This document shows positions 1 through 13,512 of a stretch of DNA of 64,000 nt, in pieces; the stretch's first letter is position 1; each line of letters begins with the position of its first letter. Source of the DNA: Polyangiales bacterium. GTDB lineage: Bacteria; Myxococcota_A; Polyangia; Polyangiales; JADJQN01. The position numbers and the translations under genes were made by a program. Below the pieces are notes generated by a model. The model saw nothing but the letters and a program-made list of their open reading frames with translations, had not been told where the DNA came from and did not search any database. Location: assembly GCA_964202905.1 (NCBI GenBank), contig CAXNJO010000008.1:64001-128000 (forward strand). The letters run 5' to 3'.

Positions 1-1396
1 CTGGCTCGCGCGCATCGCCACGGAGGCGCGCGCCTGCGGTCGCCTCGAGGGCGCGCAACAGGCGGCTCGCGAGGCCGTCGCGGGCGCTCCGATGAACGCC
101 GACTATCGTCGCGGGCTCGCCGAAGTGCAACTCGCGCTCCACGACGGCGCCGGCGCGCTCGCCACGCTCGCGCCGCTGCCGGCCGGCGATCTGCGCGGCG
201 CGCTGCTCTCGGCGCGCGCCGCGCTGCTCGTCGGTGCGGACGCCGCGCTCGCCTCGACGCGTGTGGCGCTCGACGCCCTCGTGACGGCGCACCCCGAGAA
301 CGTCGAGGCCCGCGCGCTGCGCTTGCGCGTCGCCGTCCGCCTCGGCGACGTCGGACGCCTCGAGGACGCGCGGAAACTCGCGCGCGAGGCGCCGTCCGAT
401 CCGCTCGTCGCGCTCGCCGTGGGTGAGGCCGCGCTCGCGGCGCGCGAGCCCGAGACCGCCGCGCGCGCGCTCGAGGTGCTCGTCGCCGCCTCGCCGAGCG
501 ACCCGGACGCGCACTACCTGCTCGGCCGCGCCCGCCGCATGGGCGCGCTCGCCGGGCCCGCAGCCGAGAGCCTCCACCGCGCGCTCGCGCTCGCGCCGCA
601 GCACGCCGCGGCCGCGATCACGCTCGGCGGCCTGCTCCTCGACACCGGCGCGTACGACGAGGCCGAGCGCCTCTACGCAGACCTCGCCGCGCAGACCGGC
701 GTGTCGGGCGGCGTGCCCGCGGGGACGTTCGGACGCCTCGGGCGGATCGAGGCGCTGATCGGCCTCGGCCGGTCCGTCGACGCCCGCGCACAGCTCGCCG
801 CGCTCCCTCCCGACGAGCGCGCGCTCCCCTCCGCGCAGCTCGCCGCCGCGCGACTCGCCCTCGCCGAGGGCGCCGCGCCCGACGCCGTCGCCGCGCTGCG
901 GCCCCTCGCGGAGAGCCCGGGCACGCGCAGCAGCGAGGTGCTCGCGCTGTTCGGCGACGCGCTCTTCGAGGCCAGCGACGTGGACGCCGCGGCGCAGCAG
1001 TTCGACGCCGCGCTCGCGCTCGACGCCGGCTCGCCCGAGGCGTTGCTCGGCCGCGCGCGTGTCGCCCTCCGCGCGGAGCGCCCCGTGGACGTCCGCCTCT
1101 ACGTCGATCGCCTGAAGGCCGCGCTGCTCACGCGGCTGCGCCCGCCGTCGCTTCGGGCGCGTCTGCTCCTCGTCGAGGCGCGCGTCGCGCTGCTCACGCG
1201 TGATGCGGTGACCGCGCAGCCGCTCTTGCGCGAGGCGACGGCGCTCGCAGGGGCGCCCGCCGAGGCGCACTTCTTCCTCGGCGAGGCGTCGGTCGGCGTC
1301 GACGCTGCCGTGACGCGCGCCGCCTACGAGCGCTACGTGCAGCTCGCGCCCGCTGGCGAGTTCGCCGCCCGCGCCCGCCGCGCGCTCGAGCGCTGA
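1..1396 (+). CDS. Tetratricopeptide-repeat protein, 5'-truncated by the window edge
   Basis: Frame is open from base 2 through the ORF at 92-1396. TPR-like helical motifs are repeated (AHYLLGRA, AEAHFFLGEA, YERYVQLAP). Confidence 0.8.
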   Translation, partial: WLARIATEARACGRLEGAQQAAREAVAGAPMNADYRRGLAEVQLALHDGAGALATLAPLPAGDLRGALLSARAALLVGADAALASTRVALDALVTAHPENVEARALRLRVAVRLGDVGRLEDARKLAREAPSDPLVALAVGEAALAAREPETAARALEVLVAASPSDPDAHYLLGRARRMGALAGPAAESLHRALALAPQHAAAAITLGGLLLDTGAYDEAERLYADLAAQTGVSGGVPAGTFGRLGRIEALIGLGRSVDARAQLAALPPDERALPSAQLAAARLALAEGAAPDAVAALRPLAESPGTRSSEVLALFGDALFEASDVDAAAQQFDAALALDAGSPEALLGRARVALRAERPVDVRLYVDRLKAALLTRLRPPSLRARLLLVEARVALLTRDAVTAQPLLREATALAGAPAEAHFFLGEASVGVDAAVTRAAYERYVQLAPAGEFAARARRALER

Positions 1397-1411
1397 GCGG
1401 AGCGACGCGCC

Positions 1412-1897
1412 ATGCCGCTCCATCCCGCGCTCGTCCACGTCCCGCTCGGGCTCGGCGCCGTGCTCGGCGTCGTCTTGCTCTCCCTGCTCCTGCTCGAGCG
1501 GCGCGGCGCATCCACACGCGCGCTTTGGTGGGTCGGGGCCGCACTCGCCGCGATCGTCGCCGTGGGCGCGCTCGCCGCGAGCAGCGCGGGCGAGGACGAA
1601 GCGCTCAGGCTCTCACGTCGTCTCCCAGCGGCTGCGCTCGCCGTGCACGAAGAGGCCGCCGAGACCTTCACCGTCGCCTCGGTGCTGCTCGCGCTGCTCA
1701 CGCTCTCCGCCGGCGTCGCGGCCCGTCCGCGGACGCGCCTCGCGTTGCAGATCGCGTCGATCGCGCTCGGTCTCGCGCTGGCCCCGCTGGGGTTGCGCGC
1801 GGGTCACGCCGGCGGTGCGCTCGTCTGGGAGCACGGCGCCGCGGCTCGAGGCACCTCCGACGTGCCACGCGCCGCGGTCGACGCTGCGGGCCCGTGA
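1412..1897 (+). CDS. DUF2231-family membrane protein
   Basis: LHPALVHVP start, HEEAA and GHAGGALVWEHG motifs, about 4 hydrophobic segments. Confidence 0.75.
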   Translation: MPLHPALVHVPLGLGAVLGVVLLSLLLLERRGASTRALWWVGAALAAIVAVGALAASSAGEDEALRLSRRLPAAALAVHEEAAETFTVASVLLALLTLSAGVAARPRTRLALQIASIALGLALAPLGLRAGHAGGALVWEHGAAARGTSDVPRAAVDAAGP

Positions 1898-1931
1898 AGG
1901 CGCGCCGAGAACGCGCCCCTGTGGCGCGGGC

Positions 1932-2627
1932 TCAGCGCACCTGCGGCAGCAGGCGCAGGGCGCGGCGCGCGGCCGGGCCGACCACGTTCTCGCGCACGGT
2001 CTTCGCCGCGTGCAACACGCCCGCAGGCAGGGCACGGAACGTGACGTCGACGTGCGCCTCGTCCGTCTCGATGCCGTGCAGCGTGATGAGGCTGGTCACC
2101 GCGCCGAGCGCGCGCCGCGCCCGCGAGCGCTGGTCCGCGAGCTGCGGGAGCTTCGCGAGATCGAGCACGATGCGTTTGCCCTCGGCCTCGACGACGACGG
2201 GCGGAATCGCGGGGAGGTGCTTCACGAGCGTCCCCGGATTCGACACGTCCAGCGCGCCCGACCGCACGAGGAACGCGACCGGCGACTCCGCGCCGCCCAC
2301 GACGCGAAGCCGCGTCTCTTCGAGGCGCAACTCGATGCGGAGCTCCGCGTCCGTCATGCGGAGACGCTCGATGTAGATGGTCGAGCTCGCGCGGATCTTC
2401 GTGTTCATCTGCTCGATCGTCGCCGCGATCCGGAAGCCCGGCGGCGCGCTCTCGATCTCGAGGTCTTCGACCTTCCCGCTGCGCGAGGCCTGCTCGGCGA
2501 GCCAGCGGAGTGCGTCGAGCGGGAGCCCGAGCCGCAGCCCGAGGGCGCTGCGGACGATCCGGGAGGCCTCGACGGGATGTGAACGGAGGTAGCGGGCCGC
2601 AGAATCGAAAATCGCGCGTCGGTCCAT
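1932..2627 (-). CDS. Hypothetical protein
   Basis: Protein-like ORF starting MDRRAIF. A TACCCT -10-like hexamer lies 8 nt upstream of the ATG. Confidence 0.75.
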   Translation of the reverse strand: MDRRAIFDSAARYLRSHPVEASRIVRSALGLRLGLPLDALRWLAEQASRSGKVEDLEIESAPPGFRIAATIEQMNTKIRASSTIYIERLRMTDAELRIELRLEETRLRVVGGAESPVAFLVRSGALDVSNPGTLVKHLPAIPPVVVEAEGKRIVLDLAKLPQLADQRSRARRALGAVTSLITLHGIETDEAHVDVTFRALPAGVLHAAKTVRENVVGPAARRALRLLPQVR

Positions 2628-2825
2628 CGGCGCCGAGGGTACATCGTCTGCGTGCGCCCGCGTCGACGAAAGCACGCCTCCATGCGGGATGCGGTGTGAC
2701 GCGTCGCATCAAAAACGCGACACGCCGCCGGGACGCGTCGGCGTCCTCGGCGGCGTGGCGGGTGCGGGCGTCGAGGCCGCAGGACCGGTCGCGCACCCCG
2801 TGCGCGGCGGCCCCGCAGTCACGGC

Positions 2826-3808
2826 TCACGGATGGTTCGAGGCGAGCTCGGTGATGTTGAGGCGGCCGCGCGCCTGCACGCCGCTCTCGTAGCTGCCGAT
2901 CCAGACGTTGTAGACGCCGGGGCCGGCGTTGTTGAGGTCGATCGCGGGGCGGTTGCCGCCGTGCGAGTCGTCGTTGCAGATCCAGCGACCGTCCGCCGTG
3001 TTGATGGCGAGCGTCGTGTCCTTGTTCTGCTGGACGGCGTCGACGTAGACGCGGAGGAACGAGCTGTTGCCGGAGAGCGTGAAGTTGAAGTCGGGGCGCG
3101 CCGTCGCGAAGCCCGTGCAGCCCGCGGCGAGGTTCTGCTGCGCGACGTTCACCGTGCCGCCCGAGACGACCGCGATGCGGATCGGGTCCGGGGTGAAGCC
3201 CGGCGTGATCGTGCGCGAGCCGAAGTTTGGCGTACCGCTGAGGTCGAGCCCGCCGCCGCTCGACGCGGGGGGCGTCGCGCCGCCGCCGCCGCCCCGCCGC
3301 CGCCGGGGCGACGGCTCGCGAGCTCCGTGACGTTGAGCGTGCCGCGCGCGCGCGTGCCGGACTGGTAGCTGCCGATCCAGACGTTGTAGAGGCCCGGCCC
3401 GGCGCCGCGGAGGTCGACCATCGGGTTGCGGCCGCCGTTCGAGTCGTCGTTGCAGGCCCAGGAGCCGTCGGCCTTGTTGATGATGAGCGTCGTGTCCTCG
3501 TTCCCCGCCTCGACGAAGAGACGCAGGAACGCGCTCGTCCCGGTCAACGTGAAGTTGAAGTCGGGCTGCGCGGTCGCGAAGCCCGTGCAGTCCTGCCCGA
3601 GGCCCATCGAGGAGACGTCGAGCGTCCCGCCGGAGGTGACGGGGATCTGTATCGGGTCGGGGGTGAACCCGGGGGCGATGTTTCGCGCGCCGTAGTTGGG
3701 CGTGCCCTGCGTGTTCAGGCGCTGCGCGGACGCGGTGCCCGGGGCGACGGCGACGAGGAGGAGGGCGGCGCCGAGCGTCGCGAGGGCGAGGGAGCGGGTG
3801 GCGTTCAT
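2826..3808 (-). CDS. Secreted protein with two tandem PPC-like beta domains; apparent 1-bp frameshift near 3295 in a Gly linker
   Basis: Signal peptide MNATRSLALA..ASA. Two homologous domains (PGFTPDPI..SGG..C.GFATA.PDFNF..CNDDS.GG..GPG.YNVWIGSY) lie in different frames, joined at a GGC/GGGG run. Confidence 0.75.
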
Positions 3809-3979
3809 CGGGGAACCTTTCTCTGGGGGGGCGCGGCACGCAGGCCGAGCGATGGGGCCCGCTCGGACGCGGGACCCCGCCGTGTATTCACGGCGACGGC
3901 GGCAGAGTGTCCGACTCGGCACCGCGGATGCAAGCGCGCCTTGCAGCGGAGCCCTCGAAGCCCCTACCCTCCGCGCACC

Positions 3980-5122
3980 ATGGACCTGTCGTTCACCGAA
4001 GAGCAGCGCCTCATCCAGCAGACAGCCCGTGACTTCGCCGAGCGCGAGGTCGCGCCCAAGGCCCGCGAGCTCGACCGCGAGGCCCGCTGGCCCGCCGAGC
4101 TGGTCGCGCGCATGGCGGAGCTGGGGCTCCTCGGCGTGGCCGTCCCGAGCGAGTGGGGCGGCACCGGTGCGGACACGGTCTCCTACGTCCTCGCGATGGA
4201 GGAGGTCAGCCGCGCGTGTGCGTCCACGGGCGTGATCATGTCGGTGAACAACTCGCTCGTGTGCGACCCGCTCGTGAAGTTCGCGAGCGACGCGCAGAAG
4301 CGCGAGTACCTCACGCCGCTCGCGAGCGGGGAGATGCTCGGTTGTTTCGGCCTCACCGAGCCGGCGAGCGGCTCGGACGCGAGCCACATGGAGACGGTCG
4401 CCGTCGACGCGGGCGACCACTGGGTGCTCGAAGGCGCGAAGAACTGGATCACCAACGGCCCGCACGCCGACGTCATCCTCGTCTTCGCCGCCCACGATCG
4501 CGCCGCGGGCGCGAAGGGCACGACGGCGCTGATCGTCCCGCGCGGCACGCCCGGCTTCACCACCAACAAGCCCGACCACAAGCTCGGCATCCACGCCGCG
4601 CACTCGTGCACCGTCTTCTTCGAGAACTGCAAGGTTCCGAAGGCCCAGCAGCTCGGCGAGGTCGGGCAGGGCTTCAAGATCGCGATGTCCACGCTCGATG
4701 GCGGGCGCATCGGGATCGCGGCGCAGGCGCTCGGCATCGCGCGCGCCGCCTACGAGAAGGCGCTTGCGTATTCCAAGGAGCGCAAGGCCTTCGGCAAGCC
4801 GCTCGCGGACAAGCAGGCCATCCAGTTCATGCTCGCCGACATGGCGACCGAGCTCGACGCCGCGCGCCTGCTCACGCTGCGCGCCGCGACGCTCAAGGAC
4901 AAGGGCGTGCGGCACACGAGCGAGTCCGCGGTCGCCAAGCTCTTCGCGAGCGAGATGTGCACGCGCGTCGCGCACAAGGCGCTGCAGATCCACGGCGGCT
5001 ACGGCTACTCGACGGAGTACGATGTCGAGCGTCATTACCGCGACGCGCGCATCACCGAGATCTACGAGGGGACGAGCGAGATCCAGCGCATCGTGATCGC
5101 CGCCAACGCGCTGAAGGCGTGA
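3980..5122 (+). CDS. Acyl-CoA dehydrogenase (short/branched-chain type)
   Basis: FGLTEPASGSDA, KNWITNG, LDGGRIGIA, HGGYGY and EIYEGTSEIQR motifs. Confidence 0.95.
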   Translation: MDLSFTEEQRLIQQTARDFAEREVAPKARELDREARWPAELVARMAELGLLGVAVPSEWGGTGADTVSYVLAMEEVSRACASTGVIMSVNNSLVCDPLVKFASDAQKREYLTPLASGEMLGCFGLTEPASGSDASHMETVAVDAGDHWVLEGAKNWITNGPHADVILVFAAHDRAAGAKGTTALIVPRGTPGFTTNKPDHKLGIHAAHSCTVFFENCKVPKAQQLGEVGQGFKIAMSTLDGGRIGIAAQALGIARAAYEKALAYSKERKAFGKPLADKQAIQFMLADMATELDAARLLTLRAATLKDKGVRHTSESAVAKLFASEMCTRVAHKALQIHGGYGYSTEYDVERHYRDARITEIYEGTSEIQRIVIAANALKA

Positions 5123-5130
5123 GCGCGCGG

Positions 5131-5880
5131 ATGCTTCGACGCCACGCCGCCGCGCACCGACTCGCGGTCGCCGCGCTCGCGTTCTCGTTGCCGATGTTGG
5201 CCGCTTGCGGCGGTGCCCCGGTCGCCGTCGAGGCCCCCGCGCCGGTCGCGCCCGCGCCCACCGAGGCCCCGCGCGCCGAGCGCCGCGACGGCGTCGCGAT
5301 CAGCGGCCTGATGGGCACGATCTCGGCGGAGTCCGTCCGCGACACGCTCCAACTCCGACAGGACCGTTTCCTCCGCTGTTTCACACAGCGCCTCGACGAC
5401 GTCCCCATGCTCGGCGGCACGATCGAGCTCGCCTTCCGCGTGCGCGTCGACGGGACGGTGCTCTGGGTCTACCCGCGCCGGTCGACGGTCGGCGACCGCG
5501 ACACGGAGCGCTGCGTCCTCGATGTCGCGTCGACCGCCCGCTTCCGCAGGCCCAGCGGGGGCGAGGCCGAGTTCAGGTGGCCCTTCGAGGTCGGACTCGC
5601 CGACGACGTGCGGCCGCCGCTCTCGTGGGGGCCCGAGCGCGTCGCCTCGCCGCTCGCGGGGGCCCGCGACCTCGCGACGCGCTGCCGCGCGCCCGGCGCA
5701 GCGAGCACCTTCGCGATCACCGCGTACGTCGGCCAGGGCGGGCAGGTGCTCGCCGCGGGCGGCGCATCGAGCGACGCGGTCGGCCTCGCGGCCGTCGACT
5801 GCGTGCTCGCGTCGGTGCGCGCCTGGGCGTTGCCCGATCCGGGCCCACATCCCGCCAAGCTCACCTTCGACGTTCGCTGA
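5131..5880 (+). CDS. Lipoprotein with AgmX/PglI-like (TonB_C-like) C-terminal domains
   Basis: Lipobox LAAC. RCF..RL..LGG.IELAFRV..DG..ERCVL..F.RP.GG pattern. Confidence 0.65.
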   Translation: MLRRHAAAHRLAVAALAFSLPMLAACGGAPVAVEAPAPVAPAPTEAPRAERRDGVAISGLMGTISAESVRDTLQLRQDRFLRCFTQRLDDVPMLGGTIELAFRVRVDGTVLWVYPRRSTVGDRDTERCVLDVASTARFRRPSGGEAEFRWPFEVGLADDVRPPLSWGPERVASPLAGARDLATRCRAPGAASTFAITAYVGQGGQVLAAGGASSDAVGLAAVDCVLASVRAWALPDPGPHPAKLTFDVR

Positions 5881-5945
5881 CGCGCTCGCCCCACGCGGCC
5901 CGGCCCGCGCGTGGCGACACCGCCTCCGCTCCCCGAGGAAGATCC

Positions 5946-7082
<1,137 letters not shown>

Positions 7083-7095
7083 GGCGCCGCGCGCG

Positions 7096-8019
7096 ATGCG
7101 GACGGATCAGACGACGCTGTGCACCCGGTGCGCGGTGCGTTTTCCGCCCGCGCGGCGCTGCCCTCGCTGCGGCGGCGCGCGCCTCCACGATCTGCGCCGC
7201 TCGCACGACCGCAAGATCGCGCTCCCGCTGTTGCGCGCGACGCCGACCCCGCGCAGCGATTGGCTCGTCGACGCGGCCGAGCGCGTGCTCTTGGGGTACC
7301 TCCGTTGGGGCTTCGCGCTCCTCACCTTCGTCGCGCTGGTGCTCGGCTGGCTGCGTGTCGGCTCGATGCCCGGAGCGGTCTTCCTCGCGCTGCTCGCGGC
7401 CGCCGCACAGATCGTGCTGGTCCTCCTGTTCGTCGGGCTCGTGTCGGGCGTGGCGCTCTTCGGCCGCGTGTTCGCGGCGATCGCGCGGCCCCTCGGGCGC
7501 GATGCGGAACCGCCTGCGCGTCGCGCCGTCCTCCCGCTCCCGCCGCCCGCGCTCGTCGAGAGCGCCGAGCGGCGCACGTTCCGCGGGCGCGTCCGCTGCG
7601 CGCGTCCGCTGCTCTCGCCGGTCGGGCATGAGCGGTGTGCCGCGTTCCGCGTCGTCGGTGAGACGCCCGGCGGCGTCATCGACGATGGGGGCCTCGCGCC
7701 GTTCGACGTCGTCGACGACGAGGGCACGGTCTGCGTCCTCGACGAGGGGGCGGGCGTGGTCGCGCTGGAGCCGGCGTGGCCGGTCCGCACGCTGCGGCCC
7801 GACGACGCGCTGCGCGCATTCCTCGACGAGCGTGGCGCCTTCTGTGCGCTCGGTCCCGTGCGCCTCGGCGAGTCGGTGCTGCGCGACGGCGAGTTCGTCC
7901 TCGTCGAAGGCGTCGCGGCCACCGAGCGGCGCGCGGAGGGTTACCGCGGGCAACGCGAGGTCACGGTCCTACGCGATGCGCCGGGGGCGCCGCTCGTGCT
8001 GCGTCGCGCCCCGCCGTGA
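7096..8019 (+). CDS. Membrane protein with N-terminal CxxC..CxxC zinc ribbon
   Basis: CTRC...CPRCG, two hydrophobic helices, then a beta-rich C-terminal domain. Confidence 0.65.
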   Translation: MRTDQTTLCTRCAVRFPPARRCPRCGGARLHDLRRSHDRKIALPLLRATPTPRSDWLVDAAERVLLGYLRWGFALLTFVALVLGWLRVGSMPGAVFLALLAAAAQIVLVLLFVGLVSGVALFGRVFAAIARPLGRDAEPPARRAVLPLPPPALVESAERRTFRGRVRCARPLLSPVGHERCAAFRVVGETPGGVIDDGGLAPFDVVDDEGTVCVLDEGAGVVALEPAWPVRTLRPDDALRAFLDERGAFCALGPVRLGESVLRDGEFVLVEGVAATERRAEGYRGQREVTVLRDAPGAPLVLRRAPP

Positions 8020-8055
8020 GCGCCGGCACGCGTCCGCGTGAACGACGACGCGCGC

Positions 8056-9360
8056 TCAGGGCCAGGACGAGGTCGGGAAGCCCGGACCCGGCCGTGCGAG
8101 CAGATAGCCCTGCAGGAAGTCGCAGGACATCGCGACCAGCTGGTCGCGCTCGGCCACCGTCTCGACGCCTTCGGCGACCACCTGCATGCCGAGGTCGCGT
8201 GCGAGCGTCGCGATCGCGCGGACGATGCGCTGGCGCACCGGGTCGGCGTCGATGTTGCGCACGAGGGACATGTCGAACTTCACGACGTCGGGCTGGATCG
8301 TCGCCAGCGCGGCCAGCCCGGCGTAGCCCGCGCCGAGGTCGTCGACGGCGATGCGGTAGCGGAGCTGGCGCAGCTGCGAGACGCGCTCGGCGAGGTCGTT
8401 CAGCCCATCGACCGAGGCGCGCTCCGTGATCTCGAGGACGATGCGGTGTGCGAAGGGCAGCAGCGGATTGCGGTCGTCGTAGAGGGTCTCGTCGAGCAGG
8501 TCCGCGGCGTGCAGGTTCACGAAGATCGTGCCGCCGGTCGCGGGGCTCCCTTCGAGGGCGCGCGCGATGCCTGCGCGTACGGCGCGACCGAGCGCTGGGA
8601 GCGCCTCGAGTTTCTCGGCCGCCTCGAGGATCGCGCCGGGGTGCGGGAGCGAGGGCTCGCGCGAACGCAGCAGCGCTTCGAAGCCGATCGTCTCGTGCGT
8701 CTCGGAAGAAACGATCGGCTGGAATGCCATCCAAAGCAGCTCGAGCGCGCGATCGAACCGCTCGCGGAGTGCTTGGTCCTGACGAGCCGGGACCGGGATC
8801 GCGCGGGCTGCCCGCTCTTCGCGCGTGCGCGCGACGGCAGCCTCGACCGCCGCGGCGAGGTCGGGCGGATTGAAGGGCTTGGTGAGGTAGCGGAACCCGC
8901 CGTGCTCGAGCGTCGAGGCCGCGGTCTCGATGCTCGGGTGCGCCGTGAGGATCACGACGGCGACCTCCGCGCGGCGCGCGCGCATCTCGCGGAGGAACGC
9001 GACGCCGTCGAGGTCCGGCATCTGCATGTCGGAGACCACGGCGTCGTACGCGCCGGTCGCGAGCTGGTCGAGCGCCTCCGCGGCGCGACCCGTGTAGTCG
9101 ACGTCGAAGCCGCGCAGCGACAGCGTGCGGCTCGTCGAGCGCCCGGAGAGTTCTTCGTCGTCGACGACGAGGACGCGCCCCGCCGACGGGCCGGAGCGGC
9201 GCCGCGCGCCGGAGGCGCCCGTCACCACCTCGCTGGCGGTCGCGGCGTCTCCCGTCGTGCTCGTGCCGACGGGGCCCGGGTTCGCCACCGCGGGTGAGTC
9301 GGAAGCGGTGCCCCGAAAGTCGTCTGCGGCGGCCATGGGTGCATCGAACGTCAGCTTCAT
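8056..9360 (-). CDS. Response regulator (REC) fused to EAL c-di-GMP phosphodiesterase
   Basis: REC motifs VLVVDDE, SDMQMP, YLTKPF. EAL motifs FQPIV, EALLR, LEITE, DDLGAGY, VKFD, AEGVE. Confidence 0.92.
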   Translation of the reverse strand: MKLTFDAPMAAADDFRGTASDSPAVANPGPVGTSTTGDAATASEVVTGASGARRRSGPSAGRVLVVDDEELSGRSTSRTLSLRGFDVDYTGRAAEALDQLATGAYDAVVSDMQMPDLDGVAFLREMRARRAEVAVVILTAHPSIETAASTLEHGGFRYLTKPFNPPDLAAAVEAAVARTREERAARAIPVPARQDQALRERFDRALELLWMAFQPIVSSETHETIGFEALLRSREPSLPHPGAILEAAEKLEALPALGRAVRAGIARALEGSPATGGTIFVNLHAADLLDETLYDDRNPLLPFAHRIVLEITERASVDGLNDLAERVSQLRQLRYRIAVDDLGAGYAGLAALATIQPDVVKFDMSLVRNIDADPVRQRIVRAIATLARDLGMQVVAEGVETVAERDQLVAMSCDFLQGYLLARPGPGFPTSSWP

Positions 9361-9465
9361 CCCATTCCTGAAGTACCACGACGGGACCGACGGGCGCGAG
9401 GGCTACTTCGCGCCGGGGCTGCGTGCCCCTTGCCGTGCCGGGGGGCCGGGTGAATGCTCGCGGCG

Positions 9466-9990
9466 ATGAGCGACACCCCGGAGTCCCGCTGGGAGGCGGC
9501 AGAAGACGCGGCCGAGAGCCTGCGGGAAGGCGACCCGGACGGCGCGATCGCCGCCGCGGAGGCCCTCATCGTCCGCGACCCCCGCAACGAATACGCTTGG
9601 TTCTTCCTCGGCTGCGCGCGCTTCGAGAAGAGCGAACTCGGCGCGTCGCTGAAGGCCTTCGTGCGGGCGCTCGAGATCGCGCCGACGTATCTCGGCGCCA
9701 TGGTCAATCTCGGGCACACGCTGCGGCTGCTCGGCCGCCACGACGAGGCCATCCGCCTCGGCCGCGAGATCCTCGCGCGGTCGCCCGAGGACGCTGACGC
9801 GCTCTACCTCCTCGGCCTCACGTTCTTTGCCCGCGGGGACGGCGCCGCCGCGTCGTCGCACCTCGAGCGCTTTTTGCGGACGCGCCCCGAGGCGGAGCTC
9901 GCGCTCGAGGTCAGCGGGATGCTGCAGACCCTCCGGGGCGAGGTGGTACCTTTTGCCGAGCCTGGCGGGGCCGGCGACGAGCTCCAGTGA
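9466..9990 (+). CDS. TPR protein
   Basis: [17 protein letters not shown] and ALYLLGL repeats. Confidence 0.8.
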   Translation: MSDTPESRWEAAEDAAESLREGDPDGAIAAAEALIVRDPRNEYAWFFLGCARFEKSELGASLKAFVRALEIAPTYLGAMVNLGHTLRLLGRHDEAIRLGREILARSPEDADALYLLGLTFFARGDGAAASSHLERFLRTRPEAELALEVSGMLQTLRGEVVPFAEPGGAGDELQ

Positions 9991-10016
9991 AGGGCCCTTC
10001 ATCGAGGAATCAGGAC

Positions 10017-11750
<1,734 letters not shown>

Positions 11751-11789
11751 GGACGGACTGCGCGCCCGGTAACGATCGAGGAGGACCCG

Positions 11790-12521
11790 ATGCAGGAGGA
11801 GCGATCCGAGGCGGCGCAGCGAGAGGCGGCCCGCCTGCTCATGGAAGGCACGGCTCTCGAACGTGCTGCGCTCGCCGCGCGTTCGCTGCGCGCGCTGCTC
11901 GCCGATCCGAACGACACGACGCAGGTCTTCCTGCTCGGGATGAGCGTGAACGCCGCGAGCTTCCCCGGCTTCTTCATCCGCTTCGCCGGGGACGAGCGCG
12001 GCGCGGCGCTGCTCCGTGAGCAGCCCTCGATCGACTCGGCGCACGTCGACTTCGCGGCGCTCCGGCGCCTGCCGCGGACGACGCTCGGCGGCGCGTACGC
12101 CGCGTACCTCGCGGAGAACGGCCTCGACCCCGACGTGTTTCAGGCGCCGCCGGGCCTGCCCTCGATGGTCGCCTTCGTCGCGAAGCGCATGCGGCAGAGC
12201 CACGACCTCTGGCACGTGCTCACCGGCTACCGCACGGACGTCGCGGGTGAGATCGCGCTGCAGGCGTTCAGCTATGCGCAGCTGCGCATGCCCGTCTCGC
12301 TGATGATCAGCGTCGCGGGGACGCTGCGCTGGGCCCGCGAGCCGCGGATCGCGCAGATGGCCCTCGAGGGCTATCGACGCGGTCGCGACGCCGGCTGGCT
12401 CCCGGTTCAGCGCTGGGAGTCGTTGTGGGAGCGCGACCTCGAGGCGCTCCGCGCCGAACTGCGGATCGCGCCCGCCCGCGTGCCGCCCGCGCGGCTCGTC
12501 GCGCCGTCGCGCGCGGCCTGA
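11790..12521 (+). CDS. COQ4-family protein
   Basis: LRRLPRTTLG.AY, plus the HDLWHVLTGY...GE metal-binding motif (HDxxH-x11-E). Confidence 0.85.
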   Translation: MQEERSEAAQREAARLLMEGTALERAALAARSLRALLADPNDTTQVFLLGMSVNAASFPGFFIRFAGDERGAALLREQPSIDSAHVDFAALRRLPRTTLGGAYAAYLAENGLDPDVFQAPPGLPSMVAFVAKRMRQSHDLWHVLTGYRTDVAGEIALQAFSYAQLRMPVSLMISVAGTLRWAREPRIAQMALEGYRRGRDAGWLPVQRWESLWERDLEALRAELRIAPARVPPARLVAPSRAA

Positions 12522-12601
12522 TCACGGGGGGGCCATCGGCCGAACGCGCGCCGGTCGGGGCGCGTGTCGATCGTCCGTGCGCGGACCGATGACGCGACGC
12601 G

Positions 12602-13489
12602 TCATCCCGCGACGAGCGCCGCGACCTCGTCGCCTTCGAGCTCGGCGTCGTCCTCGTCGCGCACGGCCTCGAGCACGACGCCGCCATCGGGTGTGCGCAC
12701 GACGAGCGCGCCCTCCGGGTCCACCCACGCCTCGCCCGGCGCGAGCGCGCGCGGCACGCGGCCCTCGGCGACGCGCGCGTGCGTGACCGTGACGAGCGCG
12801 TCCCCGAGGAGGCATGTCGCCCCCGGGGCGGGCGCCGCCGCGCGCACGAGCCGCACCACGTCGTGCGCAGGCTCGCGGAACGAGATGACGAGTTCGGACT
12901 CGGTCGGCTGCGGAGCCGGTGTCGCCAAGGCCCCGTCCTGCGGCGCGCCCGCGAGCGTCTCGCCGCGCGCAAGGCGCTGCGCGCACTCGACGAGCAGCGC
13001 GAGCGACGGGCGGTCGAGGCGTCGCGCGAGGGTCCACGCGTCGTCGTCCTCGTGCACGGCGAGGCGGCGTTGGGCGACGACGGCGCCCGTGTCGTACTCG
13101 GCCTCGAGGCGGTGGAGCGTGACGCCCGTCTCGGCGTCGCCGCTGCGGATCGCCCAGAAATAAGGGTCCGGACCGCGCCAGCGGGGTAGCAGCGACGGAT
13201 GGACGCCGAACGCGCCGCGCGGCGCGAGGGCGAGCACGGCCGCCGGGATCCGGCGTGGCCAGAACCACGAGAGGATCACGTCCGGCGCCGCCGCGCGGAG
13301 CACGGCCTGCACCTCGGGCGCGTCGAGGTCGGGGCGCCCGAGCACGAGCCGACCGGGGCGCGCGGCGCGCGTCCGGAGCCGACGCATCCCGGGGGCGTCG
13401 AGGTGCCAGACGCCGCAGACGTCCGGCGCGAAGCCATGGCGGGCGAGGACCGCTGCCCCGAGGGGCAGGCCGAGATAGAGCACGCGCAT
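12602..13489 (-). CDS. Formyltransferase (Fmt-like paralogue)
   Basis: HPSLLPRWRGPDP and TGVTLH..EYDTG motifs. Lacks the canonical FMGTP N-terminus of Fmt. Confidence 0.85.
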   Translation of the reverse strand: MRVLYLGLPLGAAVLARHGFAPDVCGVWHLDAPGMRRLRTRAARPGRLVLGRPDLDAPEVQAVLRAAAPDVILSWFWPRRIPAAVLALAPRGAFGVHPSLLPRWRGPDPYFWAIRSGDAETGVTLHRLEAEYDTGAVVAQRRLAVHEDDDAWTLARRLDRPSLALLVECAQRLARGETLAGAPQDGALATPAPQPTESELVISFREPAHDVVRLVRAAAPAPGATCLLGDALVTVTHARVAEGRVPRALAPGEAWVDPEGALVVRTPDGGVVLEAVRDEDDAELEGDEVAALVAG

Positions 13490-13496
13490 CGCGCGT

Positions 13497-13504
13497 GGTA
13501 TACC
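13497..13504. promoter_or_regulatory. Candidate palindromic bidirectional -10 element (GGTATACC)
   Basis: Lies in a 23-bp gap between divergent starts. TATACC is read on both strands, 7-8 nt from each start codon. Confidence 0.5.
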
Positions 13505-13512
13505 GCCCCGCC

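Noticed and set aside
12602..13489. Assigning the symbol fmt
   Set aside because: It lacks the FMGTP N-terminal motif and def/rsmB context, so the substrate is uncertain.
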